64,000 bases of DNA from Octopus vulgaris (Eukaryota), in the NCBI GenBank assembly GCA_951406725.2, contig OX597828.1, positions 9,672,001 to 9,736,000 of the forward strand, in the 5' to 3' direction. Under the pieces are notes generated by a model, which was not told the origin of the DNA, made no database searches, and worked only from the letters and a program-made list of their open reading frames with translations. The position numbers and the translations under genes were made by a program. Shown here piece by piece: positions 1 to 13,403 of the stretch. How positions within the stretch are numbered: the first letter of the stretch is position 1; every line of letters begins with the position of its first letter.

Positions 1-2497
1 TGCTATATTATGCACTAAAAGCGAACACACCAAAGTGCCTACTCAAGTTGTACCTTAGTCCTTATGTTTATGAAGATTGTTAAAATGTTACGGTGAAGTT
101 TCAGATGTTGTGTAACTTTGATATTGATTTCAGTTTAAATTGGTTCTGATATATATCTGAAAATATTTCTACTATACAAGTACATATTTCTGTGTGAATT
201 ATTATTAAAGAAGGATCTTATGTAATATTGAATATTAATAAAGACAACTCGAGTTTTCTCTGTTAGTTATTTTATTTATATCTAGTTATATGTGAGACAT
301 TTCTTCTTTTTATGATGCAACCGTGGAGTTTTATAAACTTGCTTGTAATCTTGCAACTAGAAGTTACGAGAAGAAATTGTTATGCATCCAGGTGAGAGAA
401 CGATATTTTTCATCTCTTCGCTGGAAGTCGATATGCAATATTTAGTTTGATTTTAAAGCAAGAATTTCATCAAAATTTGAAGTTATTCGAGGGATAATTG
501 GTTGTTGTTTCTCACTAGTATATTGCAAGAGGTCGTTTGTAAGCTCAATTGTTTGTTAAAAGAAAGGAGAAATATACATAGAAAGAAATTTCAATTGGAC
601 CTCAAAATATAAAAATAATAAAATATATAAAATAAGTAAACATGTCTTTAAAACTAAAAGCATCCTTGTCAATAAAAGAAATTTGTTTGAGTAAAATGGT
701 AAGGGTTTTAATAGAAAGCTTTGTAAATATCAGTTCCAGTGTAGCATTCATAAAGTTAAAATCAGGTCCAGCTTAGAATGTGGATATTTTGACAAGGAGA
801 ACAATGTGATCTCTTGTAATAGAATTTTAATTCACATTTTAGCATTGTAGACTCATTAATCAGGTATAATAATAGCCTTGTTATTATCTTATTATTATCT
901 TATCAAAGAATATAATATTTGAACAAATTCCACTAGTCCAACCATTCATATAGGAACACATTGAGAAAATATATGTGTATTTGAAGAACGAATATTTAAT
1001 GGAAATGTATTTATTTAAATCAGTTTTCGAATAAAAGTTTAAGCTCATATATATATATATGTGTGTGTGTGTGTATGTGTGCGTGCATGTGTGTGCGCGC
1101 GCGTGTGTGTGTGTTTGTGTGTCTGTCTATCTGTTTGTGTATGTGCGTTTGTGTATGTGTGTGTATGTGTGTGTATTTGTGTGTGCGGGAGTGGATGTGG
1201 CCACTGAATGTAAAATACGTTACGAAGATGAATAGAAAATTCGAAAATACAACATATTGATACACATTTTTTCTTTTCTCATATTTTCAGTTACTATTAT
1301 TACGATGATTTGTTTTCGGCTTTTGTTTAATACTTTTACTGCTTTTAATAGGTTCTATTTTATTTTCATTGTCTTTTTTTTTATAAATGAAAATGAAAGA
1401 TAGAAATTAATTTGATAACGAAGGAAGACATTTCGAGTTTAGCTCTCTCAATAATTTTCTTTCTTCAATTTAGATGTTATTTTCTAAGATCTTAACGATA
1501 AATTGCTGTTAATAAAGTCGAAACGAGTTTGAATTATGCTGCAATAAAATGCTATCAAAGATTTATCTTTCTATTAAATCACAGAATCGTCTTTGTGAAT
1601 GGCAATCATCAGTTGACTTAGATAAAGAATTGGAAAACGAAAAAAAATAAGGCTACGAAAAGTTGATTTATTGGTGGTTTGGAACAAAACGAAATATAAT
1701 AATGAATATAAAAACAAGCGAAAATAAGCGAACAAAACATTTTGACATAAAATTTTATTTGATGCAAAAAGGACAAAGCTATAGTGCAGAATATTGTGTT
1801 TTATTACACTTTGCAGATCTGTATCATTAATCGTAAGAGATTGTTTTGACATACAGTTTGAGAATGAGGATAACAATTTTAATTGATTCAATGACTTCAT
1901 TGTTGTATATGCGTACTATATGATCCTTTTATCTGCTCTGTTTGCATCATTGCTTAATAGCAAATTCTGTTACTGTTTGCAGCCCGCAGTTACTATTTAG
2001 CACTTTGGTAAATTTGTAAGATATTCAATCAACAGAACTGATCATTGGGTCTGGAATGTTATCTAAAGATCAATAATCGAGAATTATATTGCACATTTTT
2101 ATTTCCATTGAAATGGAATGTGCATTTCTCGTTTTCATGTTAACTCTGTTCCATGTTTAATGTGCTCCATGTTCAAAGTTTTAATGTTGTGGTTATTGCT
2201 TTCAAACAAAGAAATAATTCCTTTTTTACGAATGAATATGTTGCAATAAATATATATAATTCGAATGTTTAGAGCAGGCCTAAATATATATTTCAAATGT
2301 GCAGAACAGGCCTGCCATTCAGCTAACCGGTTTCAATCGCTGCATGGAAATATATATTAAAGTTTTCACTGTGGCTGAAGAAACGCATTTAAAAAAGGAA
2401 GGCAACATACAATTCCCTTATTTCTTCACATAAGTTATTTGGTATTTTGTACCTGATCAAGACATCACTGTATGTCAAATATGTTAATTATATATCT

Positions 2498-2776
<279 letters not shown>

Positions 2777-3265
2777 AATGTGTAGAATATAGATATTGCA
2801 TTTAAATTCATTTTACATACTCTATAATACATTTATTGACTTGGATACAAACATATGTCGTCCCACAGATATATTCTTCAGAGAACTTATTTGCATATAA
2901 AAGAGATGAATATAATACGCATTGGAAAAGATAATCAACGTTGATGTTACACGTCTTTACGGTCGATTCAATTATTAAAGCAGAAAACTCTCTTATAAAA
3001 ATATTTCAGTGCCAAGGTTCTCATAACGTAAACATTATCTTAAATAAACTATTATTTCTTTCGATCATTCAGTAGCTTATAAGTCTACATTGCGTGCAAT
3101 TCACGAATAAGAAGCAACTGATTTTCGTGTCGTTCCAAGATCTAATCAGTCGCGTTTTCACAATATACCAATGAGGTGAATTAAGACAGAACCATGCAAC
3201 AAAACAATTATATTCAGTATCCCTGTAATCCATAGTCAATAACTTTCAAATCAAAATTTTGCATT

Positions 3266-3662
3266 GGCGCAGGAGTGGCTGTGTGGTAAGTAGCTTGCTT
3301 ACAAACCATATGGTTCTGGGTTCAGTCCTACTGCGTGGAATCTTGGGCAAGACTATAGACTCGGGCCGACCAAAGCCTTGTGAGTGGATTTGGTAGACGG
3401 AAACTGAATGAAGCCCATCGTATATAGGCATATATATATATATGTATGTGTGTATATGCTTGTGTATGTATGTGTTTGTCCCCCCAACATCACTTAACAA
3501 CCGACGCTGGTGTGTTTCCATCTCCGTAACTTAGCGGTTCGGCAAAATTGACCGATAGAATAAGTACTAGGCTTACAAAGAATAAGTCCTGGGGTCGATT
3601 TGCTCGACTAAAGGCGGTGCTCCTGCATGGCCACAGTCAAATAATTGAAACAAGTAAAAGAG
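3266..3662 (+). mobile_element. tRNA-derived CORE-type SINE, local family A
   Basis: Head GGCGCAGGAGTGGCTGTGTGGTAAG (A box) and GGTTCAGTCC (B box), CORE-like CTTGGGCAAG, internal TA/TG tract, 3' tail GGCGGTGCTCC..CATGGCC..GAAACAAGTAAAAG; nine clear copies in window. Confidence 0.9.
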
Positions 3663-4729
3663 TTGTTTCACCTTCTGTCATCTGAAGAGGGTTCATCACT
3701 TAGAAGATGCTTCCTATAACATACCATCAGTATGTTATGTTAAGTGTGAAAGTTTCGTTTACTACGTTATGAGTGCTACTGCCCTCTTCATACACAACTA
3801 AATCTTCTCCATATACTTGTTCAGTCATTTTAACGAGATGGTTATTAGACGTATCAGAATTTTTTACTATCCTAGGACACTAGACAAACGAGAGATTTTA
3901 GTTATAATGACTTTGAGTCATGAAATTTAGACCTATTTTGTAAGAATTTCAGGTATTATGTAACTTCCATCTATACTCGGTTTATGATTATTACCTGATA
4001 GTTTCAGAATCTGTATACAGAACAATTATGAAGTCCTTTTCATTTACATCATTTCACAACATTATTTGGTTGTAGCGTATCATTTTTTATTCACATTACT
4101 TTATTGCTTTTTGAGCTGCAATATTAGACAAAAACCTTTATTCAAAGCGAGTCTAGATATGTTTATCTACAGTAAATTTATTAAGAACACGAATCAAATA
4201 TTAAAAATCGCATCAAGTTAATTTCTCTCAATAAACATATTGGGTAAATACACATATTTATTATCTAAATTATTTAGTTTCTTTATAGTTTATATTTTCT
4301 AACGATGACAATGCAATAAATATTCCTAACATAATTTATTTCGGAGATTTAATAACCCAACAGTCGAAAATATGAAAATTAAAAACTAATTACTCATGTG
4401 TTGATTGTATTTCAATTGTTTTAATCTAAATTAAGCAGAATTAATAATTGCCAAATATTCAAAGCCTTGAATTCTATCATTCAATACAAAGACTAAGTTA
4501 ATTTGTACATTTATAATGTGTGTACATAAAATTTAAAATTCGGTTTCTATCTACGAAAGTCAACTTAATACTATTTATTTATAAACAAAATTCGATTAGA
4601 AGAACTTCATTACAAGCTTCGAATAATGTTACATTTTAACATAAAATAACGAGTGGAATAATTGCGACAATTTTTAACAGATTCAAATATCTACAGAACT
4701 GTTGCAATCATTATCTAGTAATATATATA

Positions 4730-4730
<1 letters not shown>

Positions 4731-4805
<75 letters not shown>
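4731..4805. repeat. (ATT)n microsatellite
   Basis: Read directly. Confidence 0.97.
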
Positions 4806-4964
4806 TCTAAGTCTCTATAAAGGCGACTTCGGCAGCGGTACTGGATATTAATAGTTATTGCCAAGCTAATATGGCAATCCATAAATGTAGGACGAAAGCT
4901 GCTGCTGATTAGCTCCAAGAGGTCGTCGCCTCTAGCTAGCTGTATGACGCTCGAACCTGTGTCC
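4806..4964. mobile_element. Short structured interspersed repeat between (ATT)n and (TA)n, related to 47434-47520
   Basis: TATTGCCAAGCTAATATGGCAATCC aligns with TACTGTCAACTTAATGTGACAGTCC at 47444; several hairpins; family identity unknown. Confidence 0.55.
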
Positions 4965-4992
4965 ATATATATATGTATGTATACAGTAGGGA

Positions 4993-5178
4993 GGGGAGAA
5001 CTCACGAAAAAAAAACAAAAGACGAAGACGTGTGGTGTAGACAACAAACAGATGTATTAGTTTAACGCTCGGAAATTAAAAAGTCCTTAATGTTTCGAGC
5101 TTACGCTCTTCCACAGCGGGGAACACATAATGAATCAAGGAGAGAAAATAAAGAATGTGTAGTGGCTAGCGATCTATC
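4993..5178 (-). mobile_element. Penelope-like terminal-repeat-derived element with variant hammerhead-like motif
   Basis: Homologous to 21321-21512 with the same terminus next to TA-rich tracts; minus strand reads CTGTGGA-A-GAGC GTAA GCTC-GAAAC. Confidence 0.65.
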
Positions 5179-5192
5179 TTGACGAATAAACA

Positions 5193-5223
<31 letters not shown>

Positions 5224-7168
5224 GTGTGTGTGTTTATATATGTAGCTATGTATGTGTATATATATGCACATATATACATATATATAAACTCATGTGTCTA
5301 TACATATGTATGCATATATATATATATGCATACAGTTATATATATACATACCATATGCTATATAATATATGTGTGTATGTGTATTTGTGTATGGTGCCTG
5401 AGTAAATGCCTCTGTATTCATTGTATGCTTATACTCCATCAATTATTGTCAAGATCATTTGCATTTGACCTGTTTCCTTATTTCCTTTATTCTTTTTCTG
5501 ACATTCATTCCTTTACAATAGTAACATACTGGTCTTGATATATACCTTTTCAAAGAAATTTATTCAAACTTCGTCATAAACAACAATTATGTAAAACAAT
5601 GAAAACCTACAATTTTTAGTCATGTAATTGAAAGATAATGGTGGAGAGAAATCAAAATTATCTTTCTTGTGTGTCAGACATGTCCTTTTACGTACCTCTG
5701 TGTGATACAGAAGGTACATCCTTCACTCATAATGCAACTATCTATATAGAGTAGAATGCAAATAATAAAGCAGATGTGAGATTGAATGTCCTCGAAATCT
5801 TTGATTGCTCCCTTCTCGACGATCAAATACTGGAAGAATAAAGCTAATGTTCATCTATTTTCTGAACTATTTGCATTCCACTGAGATATGAGTTTTGTAC
5901 TCAATATTGAAACCAATCAATATAAAACCAATTATAGTATTTAATCATAGGTGCAACTTACACACTCAATATGTCAGGAAAAGAAATATGTTACAAATAA
6001 TAATTTCTAAATTTGTAGACATTCTATTAGAAAACGACTTCACGTTATAACGCATGAAGTTTTTCTCTAATTGCATTAATATATCTTCATATAATTTCTA
6101 TGTGAAAATATTAAGCACAACTATTAGCCTGACATATTGGTGGCAATTCATTGAAAAATTTACGGTAGGAAATGAATTCGTAATGAACAACTATTACAGT
6201 TATATGAAATTGTGAAGAATATGGAGAAATTTTATTATTAAAACGAATCTCTTGAATTATACTTAGAAAGCTATGAAGCCTCTACACTATGGATCCCTCA
6301 GCTTACAATAGCAGCCAAATTTATAAATCGTACCACTTAACCTGAAAAGAGAAAAATGATAACATATGTAACCTACTTTATCCCTTCCCAAATAACTTGC
6401 ATATTAAACTGAGTTTTAAAAAATGTTAACTTACAGAAAGATGTAAAATTTTGTGTAGGTGTAATGCATATATTCAAATATTTCAATTATACCGTTTCGA
6501 TGGCAATATGATCAAAATTATTTATGCTATGATTTTGCTGTTAACGTGAAACAAGTTTTGCAAGTGCTATTATGTCGTATAACATCGAAACCATTATTAT
6601 TATTGAACCTATTTTCCGAATGAATCCATATATCGCCAGAAAAAAAGCTTGTAACCAAATCTCTCCTTGAAAAGGAAATATGTAAAGAACTAACGTTTGA
6701 CCATAGGGTCCATTGGCAGAAATGTGATATGTAGTTAAACAGATAATCGATACGACGGTCTATAATATTTCATAAGGTCTGGATCACCGAAAGAGAAATA
6801 AACAATACTCAGATATTCGAGATCATAATAGAAACACATTCTGTTAATTTACGTACGAACATTTTTTGCTTTGTATTATAAAAGTTTCTTTCGCATGATT
6901 CAGTAAGTTCCGAAAGATTATATTCAATGTCGCTTACAATTACCTTGCACTCGGTTTTCACGACGGTTCTCTCTTAAATAATCCATCACATTGTGTGCAT
7001 TTATGCATGCACATATGCAGGCACACAGGCGCAGACACACTGACACACACACACACAAGCACATATGTAAATATATATGTTTATATACAAATGTGTATAT
7101 ATGCATAATATATAAAAACACACACACTAAATCACACACATGGACACACACATACACACATACATAGG

Positions 7169-7232
<64 letters not shown>

Positions 7233-7257
7233 TACATACATATATATGTGTGTGTGC

Positions 7258-7320
<63 letters not shown>

Positions 7321-8117
7321 TATGTATGTATATATATAACGTGTGGATAATTAGATTCAAACGTAAAAATTTAGGGTAGTAAAATGCTTTAGAATTCAAT
7401 TAAAAATCTGTAATAAATGCCAGCTCCCTATACATATACTCACACACAAATGCATGCACATTGGCGCCGTCATACAATTCACTTCTCTCCCATAATTTCT
7501 CTCTTTTTCTTTCTATCTCTTTCTCTCTCTTTGCATATATATGTTTGTGTTTGTATATGCGTCCGCGTGTATATATGTATATGGGAGGGCCGGTAGTGGT
7601 TTGTACATGTGTGTGTAATCTTCGCATCAAGAACAGTTAATTTATTGCACAAAACTTTTGTACGATGTATATTATAAATGTGTATAACCCCGAAACTCGA
7701 AAGATATGGCTCACTACAATTTAATTAAAATTCGAATCTAAAAGAACAAAATATTTTATTGTCGAATAATAAATATTAAATATTATTTATATGCGTTGCA
7801 ATCTATATATTTATAGGGAAAACATCGCTATAAATATCAGAATGTTGTCTATTATATATGATTTTGCTTATCTGAGTAATTAAACAGTTTTGCATATTTC
7901 ATCCAATGCCGCTGAATAGGATTCTCCTTTAGTCTGTTCGTTCCTTCATACGACTCTTCGAACGTCTACAATTGCAAAACAAGCTAGAATAAAGCGTTTA
8001 TTCTCTGAACATTTCTTTCCATTCAAATTAAAGTGTTGAGTAGTCTATATATCATTTACATACACCCGAATACATTATGCCTACGTACACGCGCATATGC
8101 ATATATATATGGATATA

Positions 8118-8197
<80 letters not shown>

Positions 8198-8209
8198 TAT
8201 ATATATAAG

Positions 8210-8294
<85 letters not shown>

Positions 8295-8297
<3 letters not shown>

Positions 8298-8957
8298 ATT
8301 TACAAAATAAGGGCAAAAGAAAAATTCTAATGCCAAATATGCCTAAAGAAAGACAAAAATTGTCAAATAACCATTATAATTTTTCTTTTGCCCTTACTTT
8401 GTAAATTATTTATAAATTTAACCTTTAAAGGTATTTTTTGATATGCTGGCCATCGATAAAATTTTTTTCCCGAAATAATTTTTATCCTACATTAGTTATA
8501 AATAGAATAGTGTTCACTTCCGGATTCTGTCACTCTGTGAAAGTTTCTAGTTCGAATCACACGTGTCTCGAGATGCGCCGAAGATTTTCTATTTTGGATA
8601 TATTTGGGGTACTTAGGTCTGCTCAGGACTTGGTGCTTGCTTTTTCCGTGGGTATGAATAAGTATTTCACTTATATCTTAAGTATTTGCCGCTGAAGATG
8701 GGAAAATTCTATGAATTAACCCCGAAATTGGACCAATACGGTAATAACGAACTTTTTAGAAATTTCTATCGGTTTGTTTCGAGACGCATAAATTATAATG
8801 GTTATTTGACAATGTTTGTCTTACTTTCGGCATATTTGGCATTAGAATTTTTCTTTTGCCCTTATTTTGTAAATTATTTATAAATTTAACCTTTAAAGGT
8901 ATTTTTTGATATGCTGGCCATTGATAAAATTTTTTCCCGAAAAAAATTTTATCCTAC

Positions 8958-8961
<4 letters not shown>
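8295..8961 (+). mobile_element. Non-autonomous hammerhead-bearing retroelement (Penelope pLTR/retrozyme-like) in (TA)n
   Basis: Direct repeats 8378-8494 and 8846-8961 (period 468 bp); 8295-8382 is the reverse complement of 8790-8877; hammerhead at 8686-8744; (TA)n on both flanks. Confidence 0.8.
8686..8744 (+). ncRNA. Type I hammerhead ribozyme motif
   Basis: Stem I TTGCCG/CGGTAA, core CTGAAGA (8692-8698), stem II GGG/CCC, GAAA (8724-8727), stem III ATTGG-A-CCAAT, cleavage triplet AUA ending at 8738. Confidence 0.8.
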
Positions 8962-8998
<37 letters not shown>

Positions 8999-9001
8999 GT
9001 A

Positions 9002-9054
<53 letters not shown>

Positions 9055-9086
9055 GTATGTATATATATATATATATATATATGTAC

Positions 9087-9127
<41 letters not shown>

Positions 9128-9151
9128 CATGTCTGCTTGTAAATGTGTATG

Positions 9152-9466
9152 TTTTTTTATTTATGCGCCCTTTCAAGCCTACCCAGGCCCATGGCCCCGG
9201 TTCGCCGGTTTCTGTGGCCTAAGTGTTCCTCCCAGCTGGACGGGACGCCAGTCCATCGCAGCGTTACTCAAGAAACAGGAAGAAAGCGTCAGAGAACGTT
9301 GGGACGAAAGAGAATAACAGGGGTTGCCACCACCTCCTGCCGGAGTCTCCTGGAGCTTCCGTTGTGTTTTCGCTCAATAAACGCACACAACACCCGGTCT
9401 GGGAATCGAAACCGCGATCCGTTGACCGTGTGTTCGCTGCCGTAACCACTGGGCCATTGCGCCTCC
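9152..9466 (-). mobile_element. tRNA-derived SINE, local family C (tail type 1)
   Basis: Minus-strand head GGAGGCGCAATGGCCCAGTGGTTA..GGTTTCGATTCC; CORE-like TTGAGCGAAAACAC; related to 41439-41726 and 51500-51768. Confidence 0.85.
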
Positions 9467-9771
9467 TCTATATGTGTATGTACAAAAAAAATAATTTTCT
9501 CATGTATGTATTTAATTTTTTCTCTTTATTATATCAAGCATTAACAGATGAGAGTGGGGTTCCAGCCAGAGTAAGTTTCATCTATGCAATCGTCAGTAAT
9601 CAAAGACGGGTCGAAACACTAACTTGATTTCCAGTTCTCGATATATTAGGCTTATCCGATGATTTGCTTTATACAGCAGTAATGTCTTAACTACGTAAAA
9701 TACATGATTATTTTCATTCTTTCTTGAACGTTTACTTTAATTTCTCTCTCACACTGTTTCCTCTTTGTACC

Positions 9772-9825
<54 letters not shown>

Positions 9826-9918
9826 TTGCCTTCAAGTACGAACACGGACACACACGCACACACTCATGCATACATATAGCGAGACAGTGAGGATTTGAAA
9901 GAGAGAGAGATGAATAGT

Positions 9919-9963
<45 letters not shown>

Positions 9964-10139
9964 TGAGAGAGAGAGAGAGAAACAGACAAACAGACAGATG
10001 GATTGATGGACCTGCAGCCTATGTATAAGAAAAAACTTATCGTCACACAAACCCATAATTTAAGGGCATTTAATAATTTATATGGGACTGAATTCTAAGT
10101 AAGAAATATATTACGAATCAAAATGGAAAATAGAGTTTA

Positions 10140-11230
10140 TCTTCATGCTATCATATATGGAAAAAGGAGTCTCAAAGTTGAGGTTCATGGATGTGCCATA
10201 ATATCAGGGGCTGGTGATGACTGTATTGCTCCTAAAGGAGGTAAGACAAAATTGCAAGTTCCCCAGGTATGACACGAAAATGTTGGAATTTTAGTTATGG
10301 AGCTATAAATAGAAACGAATCGAGAGATGGTTGATGACATCCCCGAACTAATTAAACCACATGGCACTTGATTTGTCGTGAATGTAAAAGGCAGAGGACT
10401 AAGTATTGCATTTATGGCATGATCAATAAACCAAGGGTTTTCTATCAACTGTAATCGATTTGAAGTGTTACCAAGAATATGACATATAGGAAACAAGGTA
10501 AGCAGAAGCAATTGGTAACCATTTTAATTGTAAAAGCAACTGCAAGAACTGCAACAGTAAAATCAATAGTAACTGCAACAAAAGAAGCAGGAAAAGGAAG
10601 AACAACGGCAAAAGCTACATTAACAGCAACAGAAACAACACTGGAGGTGGAAGTTCCAAGCAAGCTAGAAACAGAACACACAATGACATTAAGAACAAAA
10701 GAAATATCATCGGGTTCAACACCAGAATGCCCCCAGCACATACACAACACGACTACATATACTATTCTTTCTTTACATCAGTCAGATATCTTCTGCTTTA
10801 TAAATATAGGAAAGAAGGGGGAAAAAGGACAAGAAATATGCACTCAGAAAAGGCGGTGAAATTTCAAAGATGGAGACTAGAAAGAAGTACAATTTCAGCA
10901 ACAACAAAGAGAAAACAGCGTCAGTACTCGTCACCATAACGAGTGTAGGCAACAACATATTCATCTGAACAAACAATAAAGGGTAACAAACAAAAATATA
11001 AATTTTATGGGCATAGACAGGCATCCAAGAAATAACGAACTGTATACGTACGTCATTCTATAAACATTGCCGAAAATGATTACATGGTGCTAACATTTAA
11101 ACAACCAAGCACAGAACAAGAACAGCGCACAAGATTATGGCAGCTGCATAATTGTAAATTCGATCGCATGTCTTTCAACAGCACAGTAGGCCTTTGGACG
11201 GACTGACCTTTTGCATTACCCGAGGTCTAG
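10140..11230 (+). mobile_element. Degenerate LINE ORF1-like remnant
   Basis: Stop-interrupted frame IYGKRSLKVEVHG...DDIPELIKPHGT*FVVNVKGR followed by an A-rich Lys/Thr low-complexity stretch; resemblance to L1/Tx1 ORF1 recalled only. Confidence 0.35.
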
Positions 11231-12499
11231 TTTCATTCTAATCTCCTGGTTAAGAAGTAATTGGATGACATGCCCTAAAACAGTCTAGATTCATCCAGAA
11301 ATGACTCAATGTGAGCTATCTTTCGAAGGTTAATCCCAGGTGGCGAAAGTATGCATTGCCTTTCTTATCTATCGCTGGGTAAACGTGATGGCAAGCCGTA
11401 GTTCCAGTCCGACCGCAGTCTAATGACTTCTTTTAGGCTTTCTATGTGAGGGACAAATATTGGTCAGGAATTCCAACACTGCAAACATTTCTACTTCACA
11501 GTTATACCAAAATCAAATTTTCAGTAATATATTTCGGCAAATCAGTTTGGAATACTAGCAGAAGTGTGAAGGCGACTGGTTATATACACACTGCTATTGA
11601 CGCTATTTAGACTCGCGTGAAACCTATTGCAATAATCGCATATTCAAGGGATTTGCAGCCGTTATCATAAAACTGTTTAGAAGTTTGTATGACCATGTTA
11701 TATAATGTGTCATTTGTAACAGGATGATATTTGATTTCATTTCTATTTTGCCTCCACTTTTAGCATGTAGAATTCTAGTAGCTAAACGATTATGGTTCTG
11801 CTAGCAAATGCTAATCTCAGTTTCTTTTAATATCTTATATATGGATATATAAGATGATGCTTACTATTTCGAAAACAATAAAATATGAAGCTTCAAGTGA
11901 TATTTTCAGTATTAATCCTTCCAATTTCAAATGACTTGTCACTATATATTAGAATGCTAATTTACTTCGGTATATTTGTGATAGATTCCTACTGATCTAT
12001 TTCCTTTTCTATAATTACTGTTGGCACAAATTTCGTTTTTCATCACTTCAAACGGCATAAATGTCGATTTATTTTCACTTCCTGTTTATTTCATTCTCAT
12101 TTCTTTAAAATGACGCCTTCATCATCATCTCTATTTATGATCAAATTAAGAAAGAAATAAAAAAAATGCCAATAATGACTATTGGCGCCGTAATCAGTGT
12201 TTATCACGAAATCTCAACAGCATTATTAATGTTTTATTCTTGTTATTATCAATAGTAGTAAGTGACCGGAACAAGATAACTCTCTATGAAAACGGTTAGA
12301 ATATTGGTGCATCGGTACATGGGATCTAAGGCTGGCTAGAGGAATTTCAGATATAAAATTCATGAAGAGTATATGGAAAGACATGAAATTCGTCACTTAC
12401 TCCAAGCGATGTTGATCGATGGAGGACTTTTATATTAATATATCAGCAACAATAACAATTGTACCGTGAGGAGGAACAGCAGCTAAAATATCTAACTTC

Positions 12500-13150
12500 G
12501 ATGGAAATTGGGTAAGATGTCGGTGCTGTATCAGAAAATCTTGGTATCGAAATACAGCCGAATTTCCTGGACTCGGAGAGTTAGTTGGTGATTCTGACTG
12601 TGAACGGTTACAACGGAGGTACCTACAGTGTTATCGCTCAGACTAGCCAGGGGCGACCAGGTATCTTCAGGAATCTGGATGTTTGCGTTTGGTTCGTCAA
12701 GACTGTCTTTTGCATGCACTGAATCTAGAGGTAATACTTTAGTAGCTGGATGATTGTGTGGTATTTCACATGAACTATGATGTAGAATATCCCGTTTTCC
12801 ATATGTGTTCAATGTCACTGTACCAGTACCTGAAACAGTACACACCCAAGGGATCAGTATTGCTCTAAAGGAATGTAGTGGTGTCAGGAGTAAAATGTAA
12901 CCAGAAGACCTTGATCCTGAGATTCTGCTACTGGCGGTGCTTATTCATGATATTTAACAGTGTTCTGAAGCGTTGTTGAAACACCAGTGAGATACCGGTG
13001 AGGCATCGGAGTTCATTTTGTTCAGCTATCCATGTAGAAAAATTTGGGAAGAAGGAACGTGCAGAGTATTTTGTCTCATACAAAAATGGAGAGCAGGAAT
13101 ATGTCCCTGGAGTTTCGAGTGAAGCTCCGAAAGCCTAAATCACATGTAGC
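12500..13150 (+). mobile_element. Degenerate L1/Tx1-clade APE endonuclease fragment
   Basis: Translation LDSES*LVILTVNGYNGGTYSVIAQ..RPGIFRNLDV resembles the APE segment DxEGRLVVLDV..FRLVAVYAP..FFRxLE; many stops. Confidence 0.45.
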
Positions 13151-13282
13151 ATCTGCTGCGACCTGAACAAGTTAGAAGTTGAACTTGGTATTATGACAGG
13201 GGAGCCACATATTTGGTTTTCCACCATATATCGTTCCAGAGAATGTTTAAGAAAACATAGGAAAATTATAAATTTGTTTTAC

Positions 13283-13403
13283 CATCATCATAATCATCAT
13301 CGTCGTCATCAACATCACCCTCATCATCGCCGCCGCAACCACCACCACCATCATCACCATCAGCATTATTATCATCATCATCATCATCATTATTATTATT
13401 ATG

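Noticed and set aside
2316-2380. Minus-strand TTCAGC..GAAACCGGTTA-GCTGAA, hammerhead-like 3' half with stem I
   Set aside because: No CUGANGA core and no convincing stem II; at best a decayed remnant
3266-3340. tRNA gene calls for SINE heads
   Set aside because: No closed cloverleaf; heads continue into CORE-like bodies in many copies
9560-9635. Minus-strand CTGACGA..GAAAC and nearby plus-strand GTCGAAAC
   Set aside because: Stems I-III do not pair
10479-10859. 126-aa Thr/Lys-rich ORF as a host gene
   Set aside because: Low complexity and embedded in a stop-riddled repeat-like region
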